A stretch of 59,425 bases of DNA from positions 11,385 to 70,809 of the forward strand of contig PBZS01000040.1 of the NCBI GenBank assembly GCA_002730235.1, read 5' to 3'. The notes under the pieces are model-generated. The model did no database searches and was not told where the DNA came from. It saw only the letters and a list, made by a program, of their open reading frames with translations. The position numbers were made by a program, and so were the translations under genes. The stretch is from Gammaproteobacteria bacterium (GTDB lineage: Bacteria; Pseudomonadota; Gammaproteobacteria; Pseudomonadales; Litorivicinaceae). The first letter of the stretch is position 1; the number at the start of each line of letters is the position of its first letter. This document shows, one piece after another, positions 31,326 to 41,260 of this stretch.

Positions 31326-32906
31326 TCAATGCTCTCTGGTTTCCAAGAACTGAACGTCTGGCCAACGCTCTTGCATGAGCTGCAGATTTGCCCGTGAAGG
31401 TGCTAGATAAGTCAGGTGTCCACCGCCATCATTAGCGAGATTTTCGTAAGCTTTCTTTTTGAACTCTGCCAGCGTCTTTGGATCATCGCATCTAATCCAG
31501 CGGGCTGTGTAGATATTGATTTGGTCATAAACAGCTTCGACTTTATATTCGTCCAATAACCGAAACGAGACTACATCAAACTGTAAAATACCAACTGCCC
31601 CAACAATCAAATCATTGTTTTTGTAAGGCATAAATACCTGGGTAGCACCCTCTTCCGACAACTGGGTCAATCCTTTTTGTAACTGCTTGGTTTTCAGAGG
31701 GTCTTTTAGACGAACACATCGAAATAGCTCAGGTGCAAAATGTGGAATACCAGTGAACTGCAGATTTTCGCCTTCAGTAAACGTATCGCCTATCTGAATG
31801 GTCCCGTGATTATGAAGACCTAAAATATCGCCAGGATATGCCTCTTCAGCCGCCGTACGATCGCCAGCCAAAAATGTCACTGCATCCGAAATCCTTACAT
31901 CCTTTCCGGTTCGCGTGTGCTTTATCTTCATACCTTTTTTGTAAGCCCCTGAGCAAACTCGTAAAAAAGCAATGCGATCACGATGTTTGGGATCCATATT
32001 CGCCTGAATCTTGAACACGAACCCACTAAACTTCTCTTCAAAGGGTTGCACTGCACGTGTTTCTGTTTCCCGAGTGATGGGCTCTGGTGCGTAATCCACA
32101 AAATCGTTTAGCATCTCCCGAACACCAAAATTACCCATCGCCGTACCAAAAAATACGGGCGTTAACTGACCAGCTAAAAATCGCTTCATCTCGAAATCAG
32201 GAGTTGCTTCTCTGACCAGTTCAACTTGATCCGAAAAATCTTGCCACTCATTCCCCAAGAGTTCACGCGCGTCGTCAGAATCTAACCCTCGGATCTGAAT
32301 GTCGTCAGGGATACGATCGCCTTGACCTTTCACGTACACATGGATGACATCGTTTCGAAGGTGATACACACCTTTGAAGTGTGGCCCCATGCCAATGGGC
32401 CAAGTGACTGGAGCCACATGGATTTTCAGGACGTCTTCGACCTCATCGATCAACTCGATTGGATCCTGAATATCACGGTCCAGCTTATTCACGAATGAGA
32501 CAATCGGCGTTGTTCGTAATCGGCAAACTTGCATCAATTTAATCGTTCTATCCTCAACACCTTTGGCACCATCGAGTACCATTAACGCCGAGTCGACTGC
32601 AGTTAGTGTCCGATAGGTATCCTCTGAGAAATCCTCATGACCAGGAGTATCTAGTAGGTTGACAACACGGTCTCTATATGGGAATTGCATCACAGAAGTT
32701 GTTACCGAAATACCACGTTCTTGCTCCATCTGCATCCAATCAGAGGTTGCGTGCCTTGAGGCTTTTCTACCTTTGACGGTGCCCGCCACCGAGATTGCAT
32801 TCCCAAATAACAACAATTTTTCTGTCATCGTGGTCTTGCCGGCGTCTGGGTGTGAAATAATTGCAAATGTGCGACGGTTCGCACCTTCCCGTTCAACTTG
32901 ATTCAC
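31326..32906 (-). CDS. prfC: Peptide chain release factor 3
   Basis: [52 protein letters not shown]. Confidence 0.98.
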   Translation of the reverse strand: MNQVEREGANRRTFAIISHPDAGKTTMTEKLLLFGNAISVAGTVKGRKASRHATSDWMQMEQERGISVTTSVMQFPYRDRVVNLLDTPGHEDFSEDTYRTLTAVDSALMVLDGAKGVEDRTIKLMQVCRLRTTPIVSFVNKLDRDIQDPIELIDEVEDVLKIHVAPVTWPIGMGPHFKGVYHLRNDVIHVYVKGQGDRIPDDIQIRGLDSDDARELLGNEWQDFSDQVELVREATPDFEMKRFLAGQLTPVFFGTAMGNFGVREMLNDFVDYAPEPITRETETRAVQPFEEKFSGFVFKIQANMDPKHRDRIAFLRVCSGAYKKGMKIKHTRTGKDVRISDAVTFLAGDRTAAEEAYPGDILGLHNHGTIQIGDTFTEGENLQFTGIPHFAPELFRCVRLKDPLKTKQLQKGLTQLSEEGATQVFMPYKNNDLIVGAVGILQFDVVSFRLLDEYKVEAVYDQINIYTARWIRCDDPKTLAEFKKKAYENLANDGGGHLTYLAPSRANLQLMQERWPDVQFLETREH

Positions 32907-32968
32907 AGTAAATCTCGATTGATATCGTGGGCGCGCAGTCTATAGAAATGTTGCAAAAACACCAAACC

Positions 32969-34567
32969 TTATGTAATCCGTACGTATCGGCCGGGCGCTT
33001 TCTCAATCCCAGCTCGAAGACCTCCACCTGTTTTAGGCGGTAAGACAGGTTTACCCGCCCTTACCATCAGAAAATCATTCCATGTCATCCACCAGCTCCC
33101 AGACCGAAATTCTGCCAATTGTTTATCCGTCAAATTGTCGGTATTCAGTATGAAATGGTTATAGCGTCGTTTACCTGGAGGATTAACTACACCTACGTTA
33201 TGACCGCCCTCGCCCAAGACACACAAGGGGCCTGAGCCGAATTGATCGCCGGCATGCATGACGCTTTGCCATGGGCTAATGTCGTCTTTTTCGGCGCCAA
33301 ATAGGAAGACTGGGCAGTCAATAGTGGACAATTGGATGTGCTGACCTGCCAGTTTGAAGGGTATATCCGCAACTAATACATTGTTCAGGTACAAGTTTTC
33401 TAAAATCCATAGTACAAGCGATGCAGGAGTGCGCGTTCCATCCCCAAGCCAATGCAATAGAGGATGTGGTTTAGCCCGCTGCCCTAATATATACGAACTT
33501 AGCGCACGCTCAAATATCAAGTCATACGGCCGGAGACTCGCAAAAATACGAAGTAAAACTTCAGCTGGCAGGTAACCCAACTCTGTCAGTGGTTTACGGA
33601 TCGATTCAATGCCCTCCTCAGAGACCAAATGACCAAGTGGGCCAGCGTCTCTGTAATCCAGCAATGTCGTCAGAAGAGAAAGCGATGAAATTCGATCATC
33701 GCCTCGCGCTTTAAGCCAAGCAGCCAAGATCGCTGAAACGACCCCTCCAGCACAGTAGCCCACAACTTGAGGTTTACATCTCGGCAGTATTCGGCAGATA
33801 TAATCAAGTGCCGCCAAAGCCCCATCGAGTAGGTAATGCGTCATATCATAGGTCGCAAGAAACGGGGTCGGGTTGACCCAACTAATTAAAAAAACCGTAT
33901 GCCCCTGATCTATCAACCACTTTACCATTGAGTACTCATCGGATAGATCGAGAATATAAAAACGATTTATAAAGGCTGGAATAATTAACACTGGGTTTTC
34001 ATGAACAGTTTCGGTCGCGGAATGATATTGAAGGAGTTGAAATAACTGATTTTCAAATACCACATTGCCTGATGTAACAGCGATGCTCCGGCCTAGACAA
34101 AAGGTATCTGGTCGGATTGTGTCTGGCAATATGGCGCCGGCGAGGATGTCAAATCGCCAGTTTTCCATGCCTTGCTCAATATTCATATGGCCCGACTCGA
34201 TCACGGAATGTAGCTTAGTAATAAATTCCTTGGAGGCCTGAGCTTGGCGAATTAACCAGAGCATATAAGAAAGGTTGAGGCCACGGAGTTCAGGGAACAA
34301 TGAGCTGATATCATCAAATAGTTGTACCCAAGATGGGTCGTCGGAATCGGTGTCTGACAATGCTTTCAATACTTTAGGAAGCAAACCAACAGAAAATTCG
34401 CGAAAGCGCTCTGGATCATCGGCTACTAAAGGAATTAGAACCTGGCCAAATTTATTAACATCCAGTGGCCCGAAAAAATTGAAGAGTTGGGTTTCTGCAG
34501 TCAGACGCGAGAGTAACGCCGGAATCCACTCGTTTTGTGATGGATCAAAGTCTTTCAGTCCCTGCAA
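32969..34567 (-). CDS. phaC: Divergent polyhydroxyalkanoate synthase (class I-like)
   Basis: GNVVFENQLFQLLQY, IPAFINRFYILDL, QGHTVFLISWVNP, lipase box GYCAGG, AEKDDISPW, GGHNVGVVNPP, GSWW, APGRYV; TTG start with GAGG RBS; next to phaR. Confidence 0.85.
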   Translation of the reverse strand: MQGLKDFDPSQNEWIPALLSRLTAETQLFNFFGPLDVNKFGQVLIPLVADDPERFREFSVGLLPKVLKALSDTDSDDPSWVQLFDDISSLFPELRGLNLSYMLWLIRQAQASKEFITKLHSVIESGHMNIEQGMENWRFDILAGAILPDTIRPDTFCLGRSIAVTSGNVVFENQLFQLLQYHSATETVHENPVLIIPAFINRFYILDLSDEYSMVKWLIDQGHTVFLISWVNPTPFLATYDMTHYLLDGALAALDYICRILPRCKPQVVGYCAGGVVSAILAAWLKARGDDRISSLSLLTTLLDYRDAGPLGHLVSEEGIESIRKPLTELGYLPAEVLLRIFASLRPYDLIFERALSSYILGQRAKPHPLLHWLGDGTRTPASLVLWILENLYLNNVLVADIPFKLAGQHIQLSTIDCPVFLFGAEKDDISPWQSVMHAGDQFGSGPLCVLGEGGHNVGVVNPPGKRRYNHFILNTDNLTDKQLAEFRSGSWWMTWNDFLMVRAGKPVLPPKTGGGLRAGIEKAPGRYVRIT

Positions 34568-34647
34568 ATGAGTAGCCTCAAATTTTTTGCGCTCGCATTA
34601 TTTTGTGAGTATTGTTCGTCTTGATTAGTCATAAAAACGGGCTCCCC

Positions 34648-35103
34648 ATGCGTACATTAAAAAAGTATCCCAACCGTCGTCTGTATGACACGTCGGAAAG
34701 TTGTTACGTTACCATCGATAATGTCAGGGAATTAGTGCAGGGTCACGAGCGATTTCGCGTCGTGGATTCCAAATCCGGAAAAGACATAACGCGCTCGATT
34801 TTGTTACAGATTATCATTGAACAGGAAAACGTCTCAGGGCAACATGTACTGACAAATGAAGTCTTACAACATCTGATACGCTTTTACGGATCGGGGTTAC
34901 AAACAAACGTGGCACACTTTTTAGAACAATCCATTTCATTTTTTTTAGATCAAGAAGAAGCAATGCAAGATCAAGTGCGTAACGTGATGGGTGCCAATTC
35001 GCCCATGGGTATGTTCCAGAAGATGACAGAAGAAAATATGAAGCTCTGGGAATCCATGTCGAAAACTGTGCTCGGTGGCAAACCCCCTGATAAAGATGGA
35101 TAA
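34648..35103 (+). CDS. phaR: PHA synthesis repressor PhaR
   Basis: KKYPNRRLYDT..SCYVT, VVDSKSGKDITRSILLQII.EQE, LIRFYG. Confidence 0.93.
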   Translation: MRTLKKYPNRRLYDTSESCYVTIDNVRELVQGHERFRVVDSKSGKDITRSILLQIIIEQENVSGQHVLTNEVLQHLIRFYGSGLQTNVAHFLEQSISFFLDQEEAMQDQVRNVMGANSPMGMFQKMTEENMKLWESMSKTVLGGKPPDKDG

Positions 35104-35106
35104 CTG

Positions 35107-35185
35107 TTTTGTGCGACGCACAAAAAAAGGTTGACACTACAGTGCAACATGATATCTTTTGAGTTGTATTTGTGCGCTGCACAAA
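35107..35185 (+). promoter_or_regulatory. Phasin promoter flanked by two palindromic putative PhaR operators
   Basis: TTTTGTGCG-A-CGCACAAAA (35107-35125) and TTTGTGC-GCT-GCACAAA (35169-35185) bracket TTGACA (35131)-16 bp-TATCTT (35153) with extended -10 TG. Confidence 0.75.
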
Positions 35186-35204
35186 AAGTCTCAAAGGAAA
35201 TATC

Positions 35205-35570
35205 ATGTACGTAAAATTGATAGAAGATATACAGGCCAGTATGAAGAAAGCTTTCGACATTGAATCATACGAAACTGCTATGAAGCCTGTATCTGACTTG
35301 TTTGAAGTCAACAAAGTAGCTGTTGAGACCTTGACTGAACAGCAGACCGGTCTCTTCAAAGATCTGATTTTAGGTGCGATGAAGCAATCAAAGGCTCTTA
35401 CGGCGGAAAAAGATCTAGTTGCTGTGGTTGAGTCTCAGAAGGCCTATCTCCAAAGTCTCCAAGGGCAGTTCATCGATTCCGCTAAGGCTTCGCAAGAAAC
35501 GCTCGTCAAGAGTCGCGACGAGGCTTCTATTATTGTGAAGGGTGTTATCGAGACCGCGACCAAACATTAA
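35205..35570 (+). CDS. phaP: Phasin family protein
   Basis: 121 aa, amphipathic helical (FEVNKVAVETLTEQQ...QSKAL...VESQKAY); directly after phaR; AAGGA RBS. Confidence 0.8.
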   Translation: MYVKLIEDIQASMKKAFDIESYETAMKPVSDLFEVNKVAVETLTEQQTGLFKDLILGAMKQSKALTAEKDLVAVVESQKAYLQSLQGQFIDSAKASQETLVKSRDEASIIVKGVIETATKH

Positions 35571-35589
35571 TTGGCACGAGAAAGAAATG

Positions 35590-35617
35590 AAGAGGAACAA
35601 TGTTCCTCTTTTTTTTT
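35590..35617 (+). terminator. Rho-independent terminator after phasin
   Basis: AAGAGGAAC-AAT-GTTCCTCTT followed by T-run. Confidence 0.85.
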
Positions 35618-35663
35618 ATTCAAAACACCTTACCATTAGCGCATTACGAGAAGGATATTGTCC

Positions 35664-36656
35664 ATGGCCACGTTTCGCGCATTGCGTCTACACAAGATTG
35701 ACTCACCCACCCCTGATGTGAAAATTGAACAACTAACAACTGAAGATTTATCTACTGGGAATGTTTTGATTGGTAATGAGTTCAGTTCGCTCAATTATAA
35801 AGACGCACTTGCCATCACAGGTAAAGGAAAAATAATACGCAATTTTCCAATGGTTCCCGGAATCGATGCGGCAGGAGTTATCTTAGAATCAGACGATCCA
35901 AATTACAGCCCTGGAGAGCATGTTATTTTGACCGGTCATGGTGTGGGAGAGACTCATACTGGTGGGATGTCTGAGCAAGTGCGAGTGCCAGGCTCCTACC
36001 TTGTGAAAACACCGCAAGCGCTAGACAGTCGTAAAGCGATGCAATTTGGAACCGGTGGCCTTACAGGCATGCTTTGCGTCTTGGCCTTGCTCGACTCAGA
36101 TCTTAAACCTTCAGATGGTCCTATTGCCGTTTCAGGCGCCGGAGGCGGGGTTGGTGGAATTGCAACAACTGTTCTTTCAACGCTCGGTTACGAGGTCCAC
36201 GCCATTACTGGCCGTGAGTCAGAACATGAAAGATTAAAAGAACTGGGCGCATCTGCAATATTAGACCGAACCGATTTTGCACGAGACCCAAAGCCACTCG
36301 AGAGTACCCGTTTCGCCGGGGCGATCGATACTGTAGGGGGTCAGGTGTTAGCGACACTAATTCCCCAAATCATTTACAACGGCGTGATTGCAGCTACCGG
36401 AAATGCCGGTGGCTTCCAGTTTTCAACTACGGTATTCCCATTCATTCTCAGAAATATCAGGCTTCAAGGAGTCGATTCCGTTCACGCACCAAGCGAGACA
36501 AGGGAACGAGCCTGGCAACTGCTCTCAGAAAACGTAACGACCGATCAACTCGATGCGAGCACACGAACCATCGATCTCGAAGAAGTGGTTAACACCGCTG
36601 GACAACTTATTGACAACCAAGTTTCAGGCCGCATCTTGATCGACGTGCGGGCTTGA
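35664..36656 (+). CDS. acuI: Acryloyl-CoA reductase AcuI/YhdH (MDR family)
   Basis: SSLNYKDALA, PMVPGIDAAG, SGAGGGVG, DTVGG, VFPFILRNIRLQGVDSV; ATG 35664 (TTG 35658 alternative). Confidence 0.88.
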   Translation: MATFRALRLHKIDSPTPDVKIEQLTTEDLSTGNVLIGNEFSSLNYKDALAITGKGKIIRNFPMVPGIDAAGVILESDDPNYSPGEHVILTGHGVGETHTGGMSEQVRVPGSYLVKTPQALDSRKAMQFGTGGLTGMLCVLALLDSDLKPSDGPIAVSGAGGGVGGIATTVLSTLGYEVHAITGRESEHERLKELGASAILDRTDFARDPKPLESTRFAGAIDTVGGQVLATLIPQIIYNGVIAATGNAGGFQFSTTVFPFILRNIRLQGVDSVHAPSETRERAWQLLSENVTTDQLDASTRTIDLEEVVNTAGQLIDNQVSGRILIDVRA

Positions 36657-36735
36657 TGTGCTCTGCTGGATTAATACTCCTATGGCGCATGATTGAATCC
36701 AGAAAAGCATTAAGATCTAAATACTTAAAGTGATT

Positions 36736-37002
36736 CTAGAAATACAATCGGTTAGTTGTCTCAGCAAGAGAAATATCGCGCGAAGTCACACCATTCGCAT
36801 CGTGTGACCACCAATCCACACGCACTCTGCCCCAAGAAACTATAATTTCAGGGTGATGGTCGGCCGCATCGGCAGCCTCTCCAACATGAACAGCAAAGGT
36901 CATAGCTTGGGCAAAGTTCTCGAATTCAAAGGTCCGTGTAAGTATCTCAACACCCCCCTTAAGTTCTTCGCTCCAACCATCAGGAGATTGTTCCATCATC
37001 AC
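36736..37002 (-). CDS. phhB: Pterin-4-alpha-carbinolamine dehydratase
   Basis: LTRTFEFENF..AM.F, DHHPEI..SWG.V...WWSHD..G....D. Confidence 0.88.
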   Translation of the reverse strand: MMMEQSPDGWSEELKGGVEILTRTFEFENFAQAMTFAVHVGEAADAADHHPEIIVSWGRVRVDWWSHDANGVTSRDISLAETTNRLYF

Positions 37003-37099
37003 CTTATTGCCAAGTATTTGCCCAACTGTATTAAGTTAACACGCCCCGTCTGAACAATTGAAGAGTGTATAGCCAAAAAAGTCTACGAAATTGTCCGCA

Positions 37100-38614
37100 T
37101 CATCCTATGTTTTTTGCGAGTATTTTTTGCGCCCACTCAGCTGGACCGGTTTGATGCACGCTGGTGCCCTGGGTATCGACCGCGACGGTCACCGGCATAT
37201 CTTCAACAACAAACTCGTGGATTGCCTCCATCCCTAGATCGTCAAACGCTACAACGCGCGACGATTTTATAGCCTGAGCGACGAGGTAGGCTGCACCGCC
37301 CACTGCCATAAGATAAGCTGATTGATGTTTCTTGATCGCTTCAATCGCGATAGGCCCGCGTTCTGCTTTACCAACCATGGCAAACAGCCCAGTTTGTTCC
37401 AACAACTGATCTGTAAACTTATCCATTCGTGTCGATGTTGTCGGACCAGCAGGTCCAACGACTTCGTCTCGCACGGGACTGACTGGTCCGACGTAGTAAA
37501 TAACTCTCCCTTTGAGATCAATAGGAAGGTCTTCTTCATTATCTAGCATGTCTACAATTCTTTTATGTGCAGCATCTCGACCAGTTAACATGACGCCATT
37601 CAAAAGAAGAGTTTCGCCTGGCTTCCAGGATTTGACTTCTTCTCGCGTTAAAGTATCTAAATAAACCCGTCGTGCGCTTGGACCAACATCCCAGGTGATA
37701 TCGGGCCAATCTGAGATAGATGGTGCTTTCTGTAATGACGGTCCAGAGCCGTCCAAAACGAAATGTGCGTGCCGTGTGGACGCACAATTCGGAATCATCG
37801 CAACCGGCTTTGATACTGCATGCGTCGGATAATCCTTGATCTTGACATCCAGAACGGTTGTCAATCCGCCTAGACCCTGCGCTCCAATACCTAAGTTGTT
37901 CACAGCATCAAAGATTTCTAGTCGCAACTCTTCAGCCCTTGATTTTGGACCCCTAGTTTTCAATTCGTGAATATCTATTGGATCCATCAGTGATTCTTTT
38001 GCCATTACGGCCGCTTTTTCAGCGGTGCCGCCAATACCAATACCAAGCATGCCAGGGGGACACCAACCAGCACCCATAGTCGGAATAGTTTCCACTACCC
38101 AGTCGACAACCGAATCGGATGGATTAAGCATCACCATCTTAGATTTGTTTTCTGATCCACCGCCCTTGGCCGCAACCTGCACATCAACTGTTTCACCTTC
38201 AACGATCTCGTAGTGAATAACAGCCGGTGTATTGTCCTTGGTATTCATACGAGCACCATCAGGATCTTCGAGAATCGATGCCCGAAGAATATTATCTGGA
38301 TGTGTGTATGCTCTTCGTACGCCCTCATTAATCATATCTGACACAGACATGGTCGTAACTTCCCAAGAAATACCCATCCCAACCTTAACGAAGACCGTCA
38401 CAATACCTGTGTCCTGACATAACGGCCGATGGCCAATAGCAGACATACGCGAATTGATCAATATTTGAGCCAGTGCATCCTTCGCTGCTGGCGATTCCTC
38501 CCGTTCATATGCTTCATTAACAGCCTGAATGAAATCTATTGGATGATAGTAAGAAATAAACTGAAGTGCATCGGCGACACTTTCAATTAGATCATCCTGA
38601 CGAATCACTGTCAT
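37100..38614 (-). CDS. Class I (Fe-S) fumarate hydratase
   Basis: RPLCQDTG, AKGGGSENKS, GAGWCPPG, GRDAAHKR, GPAGPTTSTRM, LGMEAI. Confidence 0.93.
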   Translation of the reverse strand: MTVIRQDDLIESVADALQFISYYHPIDFIQAVNEAYEREESPAAKDALAQILINSRMSAIGHRPLCQDTGIVTVFVKVGMGISWEVTTMSVSDMINEGVRRAYTHPDNILRASILEDPDGARMNTKDNTPAVIHYEIVEGETVDVQVAAKGGGSENKSKMVMLNPSDSVVDWVVETIPTMGAGWCPPGMLGIGIGGTAEKAAVMAKESLMDPIDIHELKTRGPKSRAEELRLEIFDAVNNLGIGAQGLGGLTTVLDVKIKDYPTHAVSKPVAMIPNCASTRHAHFVLDGSGPSLQKAPSISDWPDITWDVGPSARRVYLDTLTREEVKSWKPGETLLLNGVMLTGRDAAHKRIVDMLDNEEDLPIDLKGRVIYYVGPVSPVRDEVVGPAGPTTSTRMDKFTDQLLEQTGLFAMVGKAERGPIAIEAIKKHQSAYLMAVGGAAYLVAQAIKSSRVVAFDDLGMEAIHEFVVEDMPVTVAVDTQGTSVHQTGPAEWAQKILAKNIG

Positions 38615-38793
38615 TGACCAGTTCCCTCTGTTTAGTGAGGTAAAGAGGAGAGCTTATCAGAAGTCCTCAAGAACGTGTTCTCACAAAGGCTTAATATCGT
38701 CCAATGGTGGGCCTGGACTTCATTCAGTCTTCGATTAGGTTTCTGGTACACTCTTATTCCTAATCATATCTATCCAAGGGGCTACAAGGGTTA

Positions 38794-39303
38794 ATGCAAA
38801 ATCAATACAATAGGAGTGAGTTGCTCGCCTGCGCCCATGGCCAACTATTTGGCGAAGGCAACGCCAAGTTACCTGCACCAAACATGTTAATGATGGATAG
38901 AATTACGACGATTACGGCGGATAGTGGAAAGTTTGGAAAAGGCCACATGAGGGCTGAACTCGACATTGATAAAAGCCTGTGGTTTTTCGACTGTCACTTC
39001 CCAGGAGATCCTGTGATGCCCGGATGCTTGGGACTAGATGCAATGTGGCAGTTAGTTGGTTTCTTCCTTGGCTGGAGTGGACACCCGGGAAAAGGGCGCG
39101 CACTTGGAGTCGGAGAAGTGAAGTTTACCGGTCAAATTCTCCCAACCGCGATACAGGTGACCTACGAAATCGACATCAAGCGTGTCATCGCGCGATCCCT
39201 GGTCATGGGTCTTGGGGACGGAATTGTTCGTGTAGATGGCCGTGCCATTTACCACGCGACTGACTTGAAGGTTGGTCTCTTCACGTCAACAGACGGTTTC
39301 TAG
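38794..39303 (+). CDS. fabA: 3-hydroxydecanoyl-ACP dehydratase/isomerase
   Basis: [37 protein letters not shown]. Confidence 0.97.
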   Translation: MQNQYNRSELLACAHGQLFGEGNAKLPAPNMLMMDRITTITADSGKFGKGHMRAELDIDKSLWFFDCHFPGDPVMPGCLGLDAMWQLVGFFLGWSGHPGKGRALGVGEVKFTGQILPTAIQVTYEIDIKRVIARSLVMGLGDGIVRVDGRAIYHATDLKVGLFTSTDGF

Positions 39304-39334
39304 TGTAAAAGCGCTCGGCAACAAAGGAAACAGT

Positions 39335-40546
39335 ATGCGTAGAGTAGTAATTACTGGACTTGGTATTACATCCTGCCTCGGACTCGAGGCTGATTCCGTC
39401 ACTGAGAGCCTTCGACAAGGTCGCTCAGGCATCAAATTGAATTCAACGTATGCGGAACTTGGAATGCGTAGCCAAGTCTCAGGATCAATCGATCTTGATC
39501 TGTCCGAATATATTGACCGAAAACTACTGCGTTTCATGGGAAATGCTGCAGCCTATGCTTACCTATCCCTCAGGCAAGCGATCGATGATGCCAAGCTTAA
39601 AACATCAAATGTCAGTAACCCAAGAACTGGACTTGTCATGGGATCCGGCGGTGCTTCCTCTCAGAGCCAAGTGGAGGCAGCTGATATTTTGAGAGCGCGA
39701 GGTGTGAAACGAGTTGGGCCATATCGCGTCACTCAGACCATGGGTTCAACCGTATCGGCCAATCTTGCAACGGCTTTTCAAATTAAGGGAGTGAATTACT
39801 CAATGTCTTCTGCATGTTCGACGAGCTTGCATTGTATAGGTAATGCCATGGAACAGATCCAGCTTGGTAAACAAGACATTGTCTTTGCTGGTGGTGGTGA
39901 GGAAGAGCATTGGGCCTTATCATGCTTGTTTGACGCGATGGGAGCACTCTCTTCAAAATACAATGACACTCCGGACAAAGCATCTAGAGCATATGACGCA
40001 GATCGTGATGGATTTGTGATCGCTGGGGGAGGAGGTGTACTCGTGCTTGAAGAGTACGAACATGCCAAGGCACGAGGGGCAAAAATATACGCTGAAATCG
40101 TCGGCTATGCTGCAACCAGCGATGGGGCCGATATGGTTGCCCCATCTGGTGAAGGTGCGATTCGATGCATGCAACTGGCGACTGAAAGCGTAGAGGGTCC
40201 TATCGACTATATCAACGCCCACGGAACCTCGACGCCGGTCGGCGATATTGTGGAGTTAAATGCAATAAACGCAGTGTTTGGAGATAATGCTCCTGTAATC
40301 GGCTCGACTAAATCTCTTTCAGGTCATTCGTTAGGTGCTGCTGGCGTCCAAGAAGCTATCTATTCAATACTAATGATGCAAAATGATTTCATCGCTGCAT
40401 CAGCAAATATCGAGAGCCTTGACCCCGGTGCCGAAGGTCTGCCAATCGCTAGGGCACGCCTAGATCAATCGCTGAATACAATTTTGTCGAACTCGTTCGG
40501 TTTTGGCGGCACCAACGCCTGCATGACATTTCAAAAAATCACCTGA
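39335..40546 (+). CDS. fabB: Beta-ketoacyl-ACP synthase I
   Basis: [43 protein letters not shown]; start moved to ATG 39335 (AAGGA RBS). Confidence 0.96.
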   Translation: MRRVVITGLGITSCLGLEADSVTESLRQGRSGIKLNSTYAELGMRSQVSGSIDLDLSEYIDRKLLRFMGNAAAYAYLSLRQAIDDAKLKTSNVSNPRTGLVMGSGGASSQSQVEAADILRARGVKRVGPYRVTQTMGSTVSANLATAFQIKGVNYSMSSACSTSLHCIGNAMEQIQLGKQDIVFAGGGEEEHWALSCLFDAMGALSSKYNDTPDKASRAYDADRDGFVIAGGGGVLVLEEYEHAKARGAKIYAEIVGYAATSDGADMVAPSGEGAIRCMQLATESVEGPIDYINAHGTSTPVGDIVELNAINAVFGDNAPVIGSTKSLSGHSLGAAGVQEAIYSILMMQNDFIAASANIESLDPGAEGLPIARARLDQSLNTILSNSFGFGGTNACMTFQKIT

Positions 40547-41151
40547 TGAAACTTTATTCATCGCTTCCTTCACCTTTCGGCAGAAAGGTGAAGATCACAT
40601 CTCACATCACGGGACTTTTTGACCAGTTAGAGGTGATCAATATTGATAGTGCTGACCCAATCGCGATCAACAACAATCCCAATCCCTTAAAAAAAATACC
40701 CACTTTAGAACTGAAATCTGGCCAACTAATCGTCGATTCAACAGTTATTTGCGAATATCTGATCAAACTTGCAAATCGCACCGATCTACTGCCCGAGTGC
40801 CTGCGAATTGAGAGTTTAACCCGAATCGCATTAGCCGACGGCATAACTGAAGCGGCACTTCTAATGGTGTATGAGCAACGGTTTAGAAAACAATCGCAAG
40901 TGAATACTGACTGGCTTCATCGGCAAAACCAAAAAGTCTTAGGCGGATTAGGGTGGTTCAATAATCAACTTACAGAAGTTTCATCGAGCCCAACACTTGA
41001 TCAAATTGGGCTCGCTGTTGCTCTTGGCTATCTCGATTTCCGCTTCACTGGAGAATGGAGATCGCAATTTACCGATCTTGCCATTTGGCTAACTCATTTT
41101 GATCAGAAGGTTCCAAGTTATCAGTTAACTGATCCGCAAACTCATCCTTAG
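40546..41151 (+). CDS. Glutathione S-transferase family protein
   Basis: MKLYSS..SPFGRKV, NPLKKIPTL, DSTVICEYL, ALGYLDFR. Confidence 0.88.
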   Translation: MKLYSSLPSPFGRKVKITSHITGLFDQLEVINIDSADPIAINNNPNPLKKIPTLELKSGQLIVDSTVICEYLIKLANRTDLLPECLRIESLTRIALADGITEAALLMVYEQRFRKQSQVNTDWLHRQNQKVLGGLGWFNNQLTEVSSSPTLDQIGLAVALGYLDFRFTGEWRSQFTDLAIWLTHFDQKVPSYQLTDPQTHP

Positions 41152-41260
41152 CAAATAACATTTTTTCTCTGAGGCTTCGTTGTCTTCGCAACACGGTTTT
41201 ACGCTTCTTTAATCTCAGCATTCGTTGGCGAATAACCGAACCACAATTAATGCGACCCAT
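41069..41260 (-). CDS. Putative small basic protein resembling bS22/mS38
   Basis: ATG with GGAAGGGG RBS overlapping upstream stop by 14 nt; fills a 95-bp gap; 12 of 23 residues R/K in core; 3' 83 nt antisense to GST. Confidence 0.4.
   Translation of the reverse strand: MGRINCGSVIRQRMLRLKKRKTVLRRQRSLREKMLFAKDEFADQLTDNLEPSDQNELAKWQDR

Noticed and set aside
38665-38685. GAAC-GT-GTTC palindrome upstream of fabA as a FabR/DesT site
   Set aside because: Too short and a poor match to the remembered consensus
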